Shown here one piece after another: positions 12,353-25,500 of a stretch of 64,000 nt of DNA (position 1 is the stretch's first letter; every line of letters begins with the position of its first letter). The stretch covers positions 1,364,001 to 1,428,000 of the forward strand of contig JANJGN010000038.1 in NCBI GenBank assembly GCA_026770705.1, in the 5' to 3' direction. The translations under genes and the position numbers were made by a program. Below the pieces are notes generated by a model. The model saw only the letters and a list, made by a program, of their open reading frames with translations. It was not told the origin of the DNA and made no database searches. This stretch comes from Isurus oxyrinchus. Its lineage: Eukaryota.

Positions 12353-14324
12353 CTACCTTTTATTCAGGAGGAGCGCCTTTATTTTTTTTGTAAACGTACC
12401 TACAGCCAGTGGCCAAAATGTGAATCATTAAAAGAAGCATTGCCTGTATTTATTTTCCCTGAAATTGATTACATTGTATTTCTCTATCGCGGAAAATTAG
12501 ATAATGTCTAATCTGCAACTCTGACATTCAAACCGACAAATACAGCACTTTATTGCTGGAAAGATCGAAACCTTTGCACTAACCATATTAAAATTATCAT
12601 GCGCTAACTTAAAAAAAAACTAACCAGAAATGAGCTCTCCAGCGCAAGATCCAACTGATTGACCTACACTTCAGTATCAAAATGTCTTGCAATGAATTTG
12701 GCTATAAATTCGCCCCAGGCGGCGGAACAATACAGACGGCATTGATTCTACCGGCCTTTCTACACAGCGCCTGATATCCTTGTCCATGCAGTTAGTGGAG
12801 CTGAGTATCGGGAGCTGTTTGAATGATGGCCGACAATGACTATTTTCTAGCACTTATCAGTAGCATCAGGAACAATTGAAAGAAAAATAAAATTTCAGCA
12901 ATATTATTCATGCTTTGAACTGTGGGGGAAGTAATTGCACGGGTCACTTTTTGAATTAAAATAGGAAATGCACCCCAGAATATGTTCCCTGCTTTGCATT
13001 CAAAGACAAGTTGGGCATTCACTGGACTTTGAATTGCCATGGATCGAAGAAAAAGGCATCTATAGCCCATCTATATCCCACCACCCTCCACTGAAATGAG
13101 AGCAATTCTTCCCCGTCGGAACAAAAAACAATCGGTGGCAATTTGAAACCTTTTTTTTCGGAATCATTGTCATTTTCTGAAATTAATCCTATTGATGATG
13201 ATGTTCATACGTGGAACATTGCACATTCTTATTTGAACGTTTCTTTGCCTCGGAGCTCCGCTCTAAACTAATGGTTTATGGTTTAAAATAAAATAATACA
13301 TGGCAGCTCCAAATTAAATACATTTTTTTCTCAATGTTGTACTGTAGGAAATTTAAACCCACAACTTTCTGACTCAAACGCCAGAGTGCTACAACTAAAC
13401 CATGGCTGACACAACAGAAATGATACCAAGAGGGAGTGTAACGGCCCTCTGTGTAAACATTAACATCATACTCAGTGTTCCATTCCATTAATATCACAAT
13501 TAAATTATTTCATTCTTACCCTGTCCCACTGTCTTAACCTGCAACTTAAGGTGCAATAACGTCTAGGTTTTTTTAAATAAATACTGATTGACACGAATGA
13601 GCTTTTCCAATGATCATGGCAGAGGTCTGCAGTTTCATTTAATATTTGCCAAGAAGGTCAATGTTCTCAAGCGCTTATACCAGAAAAATGGAGCCGAAAT
13701 ACAAGTTCAGAACAGAAGTAAAAAGTGAAATTTCAAATCCTATAACTTACTGACAACTAATGTTTTTTTTTAAATTATGCTTCATGCTTAACATGTCTGG
13801 AAATTTAGACATTGAATTATACGGTTTGCCAATAAATTAAAGATCGGGTGATTTAATATTTGGTAGCTGTACCTGTTCAGATTTAAAGATTCTATTGTTC
13901 TGATCAATTTCGGTTTATCCTACGGTATACGCTTTTAGTTATTCGAGCCAATGCATTAATATGGAAGTGACGGAAAATACATTCATTGAAGGAATTGTGA
14001 TTGTTGGTTATGCACCGTTCAGCCACAAAACAATAACTGCCCCCTCACGCCGCTGGCACTACGCCCCAGAGCAATAATGCATATGGCTATGTGAGCATAA
14101 ATAGATGTAGAATTGATGAGTGGTGGTAATAAGATAGATTGCTCAGGCGTTGCGGAAATAAATATCCTGTAATAGCAAGTGTCACTCAATGTTAAAATAT
14201 GGTCCAGTTTTAACCAGTTTCACACGGCAATACCAAATAGCTCCCAGAAATAACAAACGTCGTCCAATAATAATGAATAGAGATTAGCACCATCAAACAT
14301 CGCCTACTATTCACCACAATGCAC

Positions 14325-14510
14325 GGTAAGGATAGGAATCCGCCTTGGCAGTGGCGCAAATCAGGCCGTATCGGTGAGGCCGCTGGTTCAGTGCAGCCCC
14401 TGACATTTAGTTCCATTGGCTACAAGGCAACTGACTATTGGCCGCTGGGTAAAAGGCGCGGCCTATCTGATAAAGTCCGTTTCCGCCACCACCTAAGGCG
14501 ATTTTTACCC
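14325..14510. mobile_element. MITE-like element in the J-C intron
   Basis: Imperfect terminal inverted repeats: aatccgccttggcagtggcg ... cgccaccacctaaggcgatt. Confidence 0.4.
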
Positions 14511-14816
14511 CATGGAATCCAAAGAATTTCGGACTCTCTGTTTCGTATCCCGCGAAGTTGAGAATGCTCCTGCATTCCTGACAATAATTTTTATTGGAGC
14601 AACGTTAACGCTTAGCCTCGTCTCAGCTGAACGATCACCGAATTCACCTTTTTTCAACTAATAAAATACCAACTGCCGAGTATCTCAAGCTCTGAAGGAA
14701 ATATTGCCGTCGTGTCGGGCTTGTGACGTTTTTTCACAATGACTGTGGAACATTGTGTAATATTTTGCAATCTAAAATCTTCCTTTAACACAAGCACGGC
14801 CTCAATATTTACTTAC

Positions 14817-15176
14817 CCAGTACGTGTAACTCTGTACCTTTGCCAAAATACTGTCCAGAATCAAAAAGCGAGCAGTAGTAGACAGCCGAGTCCTTCAGCT
14901 CCACTTGATTGACAGTGAGGGAGAAACTTTTCTTTGCGTCGTCTCTAGAATGGGCGAAGCGGTCGGTGAACCCTGAGCCTCGGAGCAGGGCGCCTCCATC
15001 ATCGGTGCTTTTATGGGTCAGGATCCATACCGGTGTCTTCCCCGGCGTCTGTCGGAACCAACGGAGCCATCTATCCCCGATATCTCTGTTCTTTACCCAG
15101 CAGCTTAAGGTGACGGACCCTCCTGGGACGGCAGAGGCAGTTTCGGCTTGGAGCAGTTCGGGAAGTGGACAGACAC
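14817..15176 (-). CDS. Germline-joined V-J exon of Ig light chain (sigma-cart/NS5-like)
   Basis: Open frame with V-set hallmarks: TLSC, WFRQTPG, long CDR2 (THKSTDDGGALLRGSG), FTDRF..SRD, DSAVYYC, then CDR3 SLFDSGQY fused directly to J motif FGKGTELHVL, then G|GTAAGT donor. No RSS between V and J. Isotype is inferred from recalled motifs. Confidence 0.92.
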
Positions 15177-15300
15177 CTGTAAGAATCAGAGTAAGAGTCA
15201 TGAGTTCAGGCCTAAGGTAAAGGGTAAAGGCAGCACGGAACGTTTTGGGTCAATACACTTTTAAATCTTTACAGCAAAATCAGCTCCACGTTATACTCAC

Positions 15301-15346
15301 TGGAGAAACACATTAGCAAGAGCAGCATCATATAAACTGTGTCCAT
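15301..15346 (-). CDS. Ig light-chain-like gene, leader (signal peptide) exon
   Basis: ATG at 15346 reads MDTVYMMLLLLMCFS plus 1 nt (46 nt, phase 1), followed by a GTGAGT donor; the 124-nt intron ends in TTCTTACAG at 15177. Confidence 0.9.
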
Positions 15347-15430
15347 GGTTACACTGAGGCACGCGCAGTGATTGACAAGCTGGGCCTGAGATTCTTACTG
15401 TCAGTGCAGAGGCAAAAATTCGGTGCGACC

Positions 15431-15493
15431 CATTTATATCCCAAACTAAGGATTCTTATTGGCTGTCGGCAACACGCCTTCAAAAATGCAAAT
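15431..15493 (-). promoter_or_regulatory. Ig V-gene promoter: octamer ATTTGCAT, CCAAT, TATA
   Basis: Minus strand reads ATTTGCAT (15493-15486, light-chain orientation), CCAAT (15462-15458) and TATAAA (~15439-15433), about 90-145 bp upstream of the leader ATG. Confidence 0.8.
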
Positions 15494-17719
15494 TCAGTTG
15501 ATGGGAAGAGAACTGGACAACAGACCGAAACCCGTGGACACTTGGAAATTAAAATTTATACCGATTGTGAAAATAGCAATTGCAGCCGCAATGTCTGGGA
15601 GCAATCCAACACTCGTGTGTTTGGTAACATCAGCAGTCTTTACTGCCCCCTTTGTGAATCCTTCACAATATGTACATCTTCATGATCTATCTCCCCTTCG
15701 CCATGCTAAGGCTATGCTCCCTTACTGTACAGTCAGTGAGTATGCTAGTTTTTCTTTAAAGTTGTGTTTTACTATCCAGCCTGGAAGTTGCCATTGCTTC
15801 TGTGAATTGAGGACCTTCCGTATTCTAGTGAAACGCCCAGAAGCCGCTGTTACACTGCTAAAAGCAGCAGAAAAGAGTTTGGTGCAGCGAGATGTTAATG
15901 TAGCTGGTGCTTGACATTATCAACTTGTCTTTGGCCTGAAGTAACTCACTAGCCCTTACCAAGTCAAATAGAGCATCATTCAGCATTTATACCTCAGCAC
16001 AACGCAACAACACAATTATGAATAAATAAAAGTTCTCTGCTGCAGTTTGCCTTCCAGTCTATTGAATAGAATTATCAAAATATACGAGGAAGAAGAAAGA
16101 CGCTCTTTCTATCTTTGTGTGCTCTATAAGATCTGTTGAATTTATCCTCGCTCTTTCCCAGTAGACCTGCAAAAATCCCCTTCCATTTATATTTCAAATT
16201 CCCTGTTGAAATTCATTATTAAATCTTTTTCCACCATCCCCTGAAGGGTGCATTCCAGATCATGAACGAATAAAATAAAATAATTAAAACCTGCTGCATG
16301 CCCTTCCCAAGGCCCTGACATTCTTCCTAAAGTGTGGCACACAAAATTGACGATAATACTCCAACTGTGCTGGAAATAGTGCTCTATTAAGATTTAACAT
16401 GAATTCCCTTGTTACCTTTTTGTCTTTGCTTTCAAAGTCAAGGCCCGTATGTATCTTTTTTGCAGCCTTCTCAAATCCGCCTGCCAATTTTGGAAATTTG
16501 TTCACACATACCCTCCAGTCTGTCCCTTTAAGGGATTACCTGGCTATTTGATTTGTTAATTTATTTAATTTGTATTAATTTAATTCCCTTTAATTTGCTT
16601 TATTTGCTAATTGCTCCAATCAAGAAAATATACCATCCTGCCTTAAAATAACCATTTACCACAACTACCTGCTTGCAGTCCCCCAACCAATATCCACGCT
16701 GCCATGGGCTTCACTTTTGAAACAAATTGATTCTTAATTCTCAGTAACAGTGTTTGTAGAGATTGGATGACAATGGAGAAAATCAATTCTGTCTCTCACT
16801 GAATGCTAAGAGGTGTAGAGTTGTTTGTAGAGGATTACTCCTGTTCTGTAATGTGCCAGATAGTACTTCTGCTTTAATGAAAGATATTGCGATAGCAAAA
16901 CGACGTTTTCCCCAATATATTTGCAATAGAGAGTAGAGTTCTTCACCTCAGGCAGCAACTGAGGTGGATATTAATGCACCTTTCAATCCATTTTTAAACA
17001 AAGTAAGATGAGGAGACTGAGCAGTACTCGGGGTCACTTTACTTTTCTCCAGGAGAGCGCGCACACGATGGGCCAAAGAAAATCCTTCCTTTTGTAAACG
17101 TGTTTGTTTATATTGTTTGACCAATCGAATTACATTTCTTCCCCTGGACCTGATAGTTCGGTTAGTTTTGCAGATTAACGTGGTATTTACATTATTATTT
17201 GACAAACTACAACAAAAAAACAATCAAACTATATGTTTTTTTGCAAGTGTGGTTTGTCTGCCATCCCAATCAGTTGTAAAAGGTATAAGTCAGTAAAATC
17301 AACTTGCTAACACTCTCGCTGCACTCAGGAAAGCTGCAAATACACAAACACGACAGATCTGCCTGGGCATGTGAGCTTACTGAGGCGGCAGCCGTATAAC
17401 TGGTTCAGCGCTAAAAGCTGAGCTTGATGCTGACAGTGAATGAAAACTAACACATAATTGCGTTCATTTCTAACACTCTGGGCAAAAAAACGACTCAGGT
17501 TATTTTCAGAAGTAATTCTTAGCGGCACTGCTGCTGTAAAAATAAAGCACAAGGAAATGGCCAACTTTCAAATCATTTATGAAAAATTTCAAGTGGGAAG
17601 CATACATACTATTCACGTTCACTCAAAACCAAACAGGGTGATTCCAATTTCCACACCTAACTTTTACGAATAAAAGACATCTCGAGGAATACGACAAGCA
17701 AACACAAGACAGACTCTTA

Positions 17720-19300
17720 AAAGAGCAATGAATGTTATTAACTTTACATGTAATAATCGGTTAATGCCCTTGGAATGTAAGGAATATGTCACAATGAATG
17801 ATTATTATTCATTTCATCTGTGATACCTTACAACACTGTGATATTTCCCATTCAGTGTGAAGTATATCAGAAAAGATGATAGTTTACTATTCGTTTGACG
17901 TGAGGGATAATAAAGTGACAAGAAATTATGAGCTTCTTATAGTAATGGATTATTGTTCATTAATGTGAGGGGTGTTACAGATATATAACTAAATCATGTT
18001 ATGTGAGCTGTACTCCAGCAATGGAATGTTGTTAAATAAAGTGTGCTATAATACAGAAATGGGTTATTATTCACTTAATATGATGCACCTGAAAGTAATG
18101 GACTAATGCTCAAGTACTTTGAGATATACAACAGCAATGCGTCAGTGTTCATTTAATTTGGAGGATATTTCAATCGTAGAGTTTTGCTTGTTTAACGCAA
18201 GGGATATCAAATATATACATTACTTTTCATTTCATATGACATACATTACAAAAATTGATTATTTTCAGTTATTATAAGGGATATTTGAGCAATAGATCAG
18301 TGTGCATTTAATATGTTGCATATTGAAGAAATGAAGTAATGTTCATTACATTTCAGGGATTTTACAGTGATTACTCCTTTGGAGTGAGTTTATTAAAGGA
18401 ATAGATTATTCAGTTCAGGTAAGGGGTATCACAGCACTAGATTTTTGGTCGTTTCATGCATTGCAGCAATGAATCAGGATTACTTTAAAGCCTTGTACAT
18501 TATGGCAAGGAATTAGTATTCGTTTAATTTGGGGAATATTACAGGAGTGGATTATTGATCAATTAATGTAAGCTGCCTCGGAGCAATGGATTATTCATCA
18601 TTTAAAATGAGTTATATTGCAGCAATGCATTATTGTTTTTAATGTGAGGGATACTACAACACTGGATTATTTTTCCTTTACCGTCTGATATGTGACAACA
18701 ATTGATTAGTATTAATTGCATGTCAAGATTATAGCAGAAATTGATTATTGAATATTTGTTGTGAGTTATATTAAATATAAAGATTATTATTCATGGAATT
18801 GTGACTCTGCAGTAATGGCATGCATTTTCATTTAATATGAGGAGTATTGCAGCAGTGCAACATTGTTCCTCTAAAGAGAGACATATCAGAGCAAAAGATT
18901 ATTGTTCATTTCTTGTGAGTTACAGAGTCACAATGAATTACCATTCATTTAATGTGATTGATATTACCTTTATGGATTATTCTTTATTTAATTTGAGATA
19001 TATTATTGCTAGGGAGCATTATTAATGTAATGTGAAAAGTATGAAAAATGGATTATTGTTCAATTATTGCGAGTTATATTACGGTGATTGGAATTTGTTC
19101 ATTTGAAACGTGATATAATTCACCAATGAATTATTTATCATTTAAAGTGAGCGATATAACATCAATGGGACATTGCTTAATTGCTCTGAGGTATGTTAAA
19201 TAATTGGATTTTTGGTCATTTAACGTGAATTTTATCAAGTGATGGAGTCTTGATATTTAATTTGAGGGCTATTACAGGAATAGATTACTGTTGCTATCTA
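17720..19300. repeat. Degenerate AT-rich minisatellite, ~39-bp unit
   Basis: Approximate consensus acagcaatggattattgttcatttaatgtgagggatatt, roughly 40 diverged copies. Confidence 0.8.
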
Positions 19301-22300
19301 TATGTATATGATACAGTGTGGGTCGTGGTGCCCTCTTGCAAACACTGAAATTATGTTCTTACTTTTAAGCCATTTTTTGCTCCATTAAAAATTGAGACTC
19401 AGGATCAGATTGGATATTAAATAAATCTCATGGAGCACTGGATTACCCCTTCAGTCTACTTTTCCTCGCCGTTCACCTCCAGCAACGGCATCTCGTCCGT
19501 TATTACTGTAATTACCTAATTTCTCTTGTAAGTGTCCCCCCTAAAACCTCCTCAGGAATTTCACCTTCAGGAATGTTTTCACTTCTTTCTCCTAAGTCTA
19601 TGAAATCCCCTCTTTAATGGACACCTGCCCCCATGAAAATTATTGTGGGAAATTTGAATCGATATGCTGATCGAGATAGCTGGATAAGATGAAGCTGATG
19701 GCCATGAATGAACGAACACGTTGCACTGATGACGGTGTAATACACTTTCTTCGCCAGCAGAGTGTGGCAATGTCCATAGTAAAACAGACAGCTCTGCTCC
19801 CTTCTGCTGTAATGTCCCTAATTCCTAAAACTTCCCGAGTCAGCAGGTCATTGATGTTTTGATGTGATCGGGCACATGGGGAGTTTGGTTGTTTTTATTA
19901 TGGGATATCATGATCTCCTGGAGTTCGCTTAGTTAACATCCAGCCCGGAAATTTCAGTTTCGGGGCTGGGAACAAACAAAGATATTTTATACCCCGAAGT
20001 CATGGTTCACCACCTATTAAAATTAATGATAAGTTCATGACCTGGCGATGTACAGTTTCCAGACAGATATAGTAGCTATTCATTCCCACCATCTTTATAT
20101 GTTTCACGTTAAATTCAGCTTTGATTGCGCGGGGAGGGGGTGTGTTGGGGGATGGTTGGTTGGGGGGTCGTGGAGTGAGGGGGAGGCAGGCCGTGGGATA
20201 TCAGGCGGTATTGAATGGACCACCAGTTATCTAAAACCACCGCATTTCCTCTGTATGGAATTCCACAGGGTGGAAAATTGACTAGTGTATAATCGCCATC
20301 GATCGGGTAATGACGGATTCACCTCTACCGAAGTCGATTTTCAGTCTCAAAGTGCTGTTTGGACAAAAAGCAGAGAAAAGTGTCCTAAGTGTGGGGTTTC
20401 GTGCCCATAACATGAAGGTACAGATAACACGGGGGGACAGAAAAGCAGGTGGAGTCATATCTGCAAAGACAAAAGGTTGTGATGCAGAAAGACATCGAAA
20501 TAATAATCTAGAAATCCCATTTGTAGAAATAATAAACTAAAATCGAAGACAGGAAATTACATTTTGCTTTCTCAATTTAAAGTTATTTTTAACCAGTTTA
20601 GAACAAATGGGATATGAACTCAATTGAAATATTCGATACAGGGATGTGACAATAAGTTAAAGGGCAGAGAGATAAAAGTAGAAATAGACAGAGAACTGGT
20701 GTACACTGAGCGTCAGCTAGATGGTTAAAGAGAGGATCAGAAACATAGATAGAGCTACCTAGCGAGGAAGAAAAGACAGAAATAGCAGTTTGGATGCAGA
20801 ACGAGAGAAAGGGATGAAAATCAGTAGAGGGATTACTAACAGAAAGATAGAAAGGAAAGAGGACGAAAGCAGAGCTAGAGGCAAGGAGAGGTAGAATACG
20901 AGAGATGGGAGAAAATATTGACAGAGTGAGAAACCGACCGCAAGACAGAGGTNNNNNNNNNNNNNNNNNNNNNNNNNNNNNNNNNNNNNNNNNNNNNNNN
21001 NNNNNNNNNNNNNNNNNNNNNNNNNNNNNNNNNNNNNNNNNNNNNNNNNNNNNNNNNNNNNNNNNNNNNNNNNNNNNNNNNNNNNNNNNNNNNNNNNNNN
21101 NNNNNNTGGCGGCAGATAGTGAGGCAGAGTGATAGACAGGAGATTGTGTTAGACTGTCGATGCATGTAGAAGCAAAGAGGAACAAAAGACAGAGGGACCT
21201 AAAGAATGAGAACGGCGGGGTCCTTGTCATTTGCTGAGATCCGAAACAGTTCCGTTCATTTTCAATGCTACAAATCATTTTCATATTGTTAATTCTGACA
21301 TAAAATGACAGACGTACACTTCAGCACATAGCTTTCCAGGCCGGTGCTGCGTGCTGCCAGGTACAGGCTGCAACCGGTACATAAAGCTCTGTGTATTGAT
21401 TTACTGCAGGACACGCTGCCTGTGGTTTTGCACAGCAGCAGAAAAACAGGATGTTGGCTGAATAAAATTAGAAAGAAGGCAGCGCAGTTACGTTTTTAGC
21501 CTGAATTAATTCGCTGCCTCTGCTCCATCTCAAACCCAGAAAATATTGTTCACATTTATTTAATTGAAGATTATTTCGAATTTGAGAAATATAAACGGGC
21601 ATTTAATTGTAAGTGTAGAAATAGATAACCGGGGATCTTAGACTGAAAAACATCCCTGGGAAATGATAAGGAGGTGATCGAAGGAGATTACAGAGAACAT
21701 CTCCAGCTGATCCCGCACTGTCACAGACCTAGTAACCCAATCACTTCACATTTAACTCTAATTACCAATATTCTTTAATGTACATTGGGTTATCTCCCTT
21801 TAACATTTCTCAGGGTCGAGAAGTACAATAACCCTTCTAAGCCTGTTTTGTGGTAGTCCACAAGGTTTTGCTAGGACGATTCTACCTGGCAATCAGAAGG
21901 GAGAGAGTCCGATTCAAAGCCTAACTTCACAGAGTTCATACTGCCGATTATCCGGCTGCATTGCAACAAATGTCTTGAGTGACAAATAGTAATTAAGGAG
22001 AACCTGGTCGCCTTAGTAGTTTGTGCAGAAATTAAATATCCTACCGAACGATCTGCTAAAGAATAGAATGCTCCTTGTTTCCCAGGACCATTTGTCTGCT
22101 CCAAGCAGTGGCAGAACAGGTTTGTACGAGATGGCAGTATAGATATTAGTGACTGAGTGGAGGCTGGACAATGGCAGCGAGGGTTTGGATGATGGGTAAG
22201 AATCTAGGCGACTAAAGAGGAGCATGAAGAATTTGAGAGAGCTCTGGATTATGGCAGCGTGCAGTTCAGCGGAGACCCTGAGTATCAGACTTATTGTTGG

Positions 22301-22599
22301 AGGCTGAAAGCATTCTGAGTGATCAGCGCCTTGAAAGCAGTAACAATACCACAATGTTTAGAGTTAATATACTTGTAGAAGTTAGTGAAATAGAGTGTTC
22401 CTAGGAAGGGAAAATGGACCTTAGTTCAAGTTCTGGCTCTAGCTCATAGAGAAAAGAATACTAATCGGCCTGTGTGGCACGACAGAGATACTTTACTCTT
22501 GAGGCTCCAGGTACGACGATAATTTGAGGAGATTCACTTTTGGGGGCGATATGTGATAATAAATCGTATGAATGATATTGGAAAACTGAGTGACTGGTA

Positions 22600-25500
22600 A
22601 CAAAAAGGATTCCTAGTGTTACAAATGTGGGAGGCTTCATGGTGAAGGAGGTTGATGTTGGAGGCTGGGGTTATTCATGATGAGCTCTCTGAGTAATGAG
22701 AAGGTGGGGCAGCCGAGGGGTGAGTTATCTGGGTGACGATGTTTGAGGTTAGCGATCAGGGCTCTGGGTGATGGAAGTGCGGGGATACGATGGTGGGCAT
22801 TTTGGATGCTGGGAGTTCGGGATTAGTGATAGTGAGGATTCTGGATGTTGTGAGTGTGGAGTTACTGATAGTGACGATTATTGATGATTGGAGTGTGGGG
22901 TTAGTGATCGTGAAGGTTCTTGATGTTGAGAATGTGGTTAGTGATAATGAGGGCGCTGAATTTGGGAATAGGGTTAGTGATAGTGAGGACTTTGAATTTT
23001 AGGAATGTGGGGTTAGTGATAGTGAGGATTCTGGATGCTGGGAATGTACGGTTAGTGATAGTGAGGATTTTGAATGTTGGGAATGTTGGTTTAATGACAG
23101 TGAAGATTCTGGATATAGGGAATGCAGTTAGTGTTAGAGATGATTCTGGGTGATGGGATTGCTGGGTTAGTAATAGTGAGGATGCTGGATATTGGGAAAG
23201 TAGGGCTAGTGATGCTGAGGGCTTTGATGTTGGGAGTGTGCGGTTAGTGATAGAGAGGGTTCTGGATGTTGGCAGCGTCGGGTTTGTGATAGTGAGGATT
23301 CTGCATGTGGGGAGTATGGTTTAGTGATAGTGAGGAGTGTGGATGTTGGGAGTCTTTGTTAGCGATCGTGAGGCATTCTGGGCATTGGGAATGCGGGGAC
23401 AGTGATGGAGGGGATTCTAGAATTTGGCAGCGTGGGGTTATTGATTATGAGCATTCTGGATGTTGGGAATGTGGGGGTAGTGATAGTGAGGGTCCTGCAT
23501 GTGAGGAGGGTGGTTTAGTAACAGTGAGAATTCTGTATGTTGGGACTTTGTCAGTGATAGTGAGGGTCCTGGATGTTGGGAATGTGGGATTAGGTATTTT
23601 GAGAATTCTGAATGTTGGAATTGTGGTTTGGTGATAGTGAGGATTCCACATATTGGGAATGTGATGTTAGTGCTAGTGAGATTCTGGATTTTGGGAACGT
23701 GGAGTTAATGATAGTGAGGACTCTGGAAGTTGGAAGACGGGTTAGCAAGAGACTGGAATCTGGATGTTGGGATTGTTGGATTAGCGATAGGGAGGATTCT
23801 GGAAGTTGGGAAAGTGGGGTTAGTGTGTAATTTCAGAGGCCCAACCGTCTTAAGCACTTTCATCAATGACCTTCTTTCTATCATAAGATCCGAAGTGAGA
23901 ATGTTCACTTATGATTCTGCAATGTTCAGAGCCAAATCGCGACTCCTCGGGTACTGAAGCAGCACATGAACAATTGCAGCTAGATCTGGACTGGGCTGAC
24001 AAGTGGAAAGCAAACGTCACACCACACAAATGCCAAACAATGACTTTCTCTGACAAGAATGAATCTAACCATGCTGCTTGATATTCAACGGCATTATAAT
24101 CGCCGAATTCCTTGCTCCCGCATCCTGGGGGTTAACATTGATCAGAAACTGAGCTGGAATTGACAGAGAACTATAATGGCGACAAGAGCAGGCCAGGGGC
24201 TAGGAATCCTGCGACCAGTAAGTCACCTCCTTACTCCAAAAAAGCCTGTCCACTATCTACAAACACAAGTCAGGAGTGTGATGGGATACTCGCCACTTGC
24301 CTGGTTGAGTGAAGCTCCAACAATACTTGAGAAGCTGGACCCGATCCAAGACAAAACAGGCAACTTGACTGGCACAGCATCCAGAAACATTCAGTCCATC
24401 CACCACCGACTCACATTGACAGCACTGTGTACCATCTACAAGATGCACTGCAGGAACTCAACAAGGCTCCTTTGACAGCAGCTTCCAAGCCCATGGCCGC
24501 TACCATACAGAAAGGCAAGCGCAGCAGACATATGGGGATACCAGCACCTGGACATCCCAACTCAAGCCACTCACCATTCTGACTTGGAAAAATATATCGC
24601 CGTTCCTTAAATGTCTCTGGGTCAAAATCCTTGGAGTCCCTTGCTAACAGTTCTCCAGGTGTACCAAAATCACATGGACTGCAGCGGTTCAATGAGGCAT
24701 TTCATCAACCACCTTCTCAAGCGCGATGCGGGATGGTTAATGAATGCTGGCCTAGACAGCGGCGCCCCAAATGACATGAATGAATATAACAAAACAAAAA
24801 ATATAGTGATATTGAGAATTCTGAATGCTGGTAATGGGGTTAGTAAGGGTGAGGATGCTGGATGCTGGGAATCGGTTTAGTGATAGAAAGGATGTTGGAT
24901 GTTTGCAATGGAGTTAGTGATAGTGAAGTTTCTAGATGTTGCAAATGTGGGTCTGTGACAGTGAGGATTCTGGATGTTGGAAATGGAGCTAGTGATCGTG
25001 AGGATCCTGAATGTTGGGAATGTATTCAATGATAAGTGAGGAACCTAGATGCTGGGATTGTCGTTACTAATAGTGAGGATTTTGGATGTTTGGGTTGTGT
25101 GTCAGTGATAGTGAGTACTCTGGATGTTGGGAATGGAGTTACTGATAATGCAGATTCTGAATGTTGGGAATATATTCAATGATAAGTTAGGAGCCTAGAT
25201 GCTGGGATTGTCGTTGTAGTAGTGAGGATTTTGGATGTTTGGGTTATGAGGTCTGTGATGATGTCGTTTCTGGCTTTGGGTTGTGCGCTCAGTGCTGATG
25301 AGGTCTCTGGATTTCAGGTTGTGGGATCAGTGATGGTGAGGTTTCTCGATTTTGCAAATACTGTGTTAGTGATAGTGAGAATGCTGTATTTTGGGAAGCA
25401 CGTTCGTATTTTGAGGGTTCTGGATGTTGGAAATGTGAATTCAGTGCTAGTGGAGATTTGGATGTTGGGAATGGGGTTAGTGATAGTGAGGAACTTGGAT

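Noticed and set aside
20598-21284. ORF with signal-like stretch and 'DSLTQSP', resembling a V-domain start
   Set aside because: It lies in AG/CT low-complexity sequence spanning an N gap, with no W, YYC or RSS on the far side.
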